Below, piece by piece: positions 63,513 through 64,000 of a stretch of DNA of 64,000 nt. The stretch lies in contig NC_086386.1 of NCBI RefSeq assembly GCF_036588685.1, forward strand, positions 57,846,001 through 57,910,000, written 5' to 3'. Each line of letters begins with the position of its first letter. The first letter of the stretch is position 1. The notes under the pieces are model-generated. The model worked only from the letters and a program-made list of their open reading frames with translations. It had not been told where the DNA came from and did not search any database. This DNA is from Mytilus trossulus. Taxonomy: Eukaryota. A program made the translations under genes and the position numbers.

Positions 63513-63582
63513 CACTGTGGACTGATGGATAACGACTTCAAAACAAAAGTGATTTTTTCTTACTATCGCTCATCTTTAAATA
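63513..63582 (-). promoter_or_regulatory. candidate promoter and non-coding first exon of the Met-rich gene
   Basis: Minus strand: TATTTAAA (63582-63575), Inr-like TCACTT (63552-63547) about 32 nt downstream, and a strong donor G|GTAAGT at 63513/63512 that can pair with the acceptor at 62356. Confidence 0.55.
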
Positions 63583-64000
63583 GATATTCCTGGTTGCAGA
63601 AATTTGTATAACAAATTACATAAATAATATTGTAACAAATATGTTATTAAAAATTGTGCATATGCCTTAAGGCAGGAGACGTGTATTTCACCTTCTGGTC
63701 AGCAGATTTTGAACATTAATGAAAATTGTAATATTACAGTCGGGTATGTCTGCACATGATGTTTGATTATATATTCGTAAATATACTTGTATATACATGT
63801 ATCAACTATATTAAATTGTTAGAAAATATAGCATTTATTCTTTTCGAGACGTAGCGAGTCCATAGTCAATCATAATGTTTAATTCAATTTTCCAATTTTT
63901 TATACTGCACTTTAAACTTCGCGCTAAACTTTAAGGTTATATTTTTTCTAAACTTTTGTAAAAAAAAAATGAACGTGGAAGAGGACGTACGTAAACAGTA

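Overview
AT-rich, intron-containing, repeat-dense animal genomic DNA. The repeat families and gene types suggest a bivalve mollusc, probably a Mytilus-like mussel (inference, not a database result). The main content is a cluster of four paralogous six-exon genes, which I assembled by hand from GT-AG boundaries and which the ORF track mostly misses. Each encodes a secreted protein of about 290-330 aa with two fasciclin (FAS1) domains: A(-) 16455-22219, B(+) 28094-33060, C(+) 36863-41037, D(-) 52811-59540. A class A GPCR with an intronless CDS (25475-26527) sits between A and B. A secreted, Cys-free orphan protein with about 14% Met (61503-62351, -) lies next to D. The window starts with the last two exons of an Ig-domain transmembrane receptor with a tyrosine-motif tail and a frameshifted PAN/Apple-like exon. 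Between C and D is a decayed CR1/L2-type LINE carrying two nested insertions, flanked by a ~2 kb direct duplication. A second tandem duplication copied most of the last exon of gene A. The rest is MITEs, foldback palindromes, SINE fragments and simple repeats.
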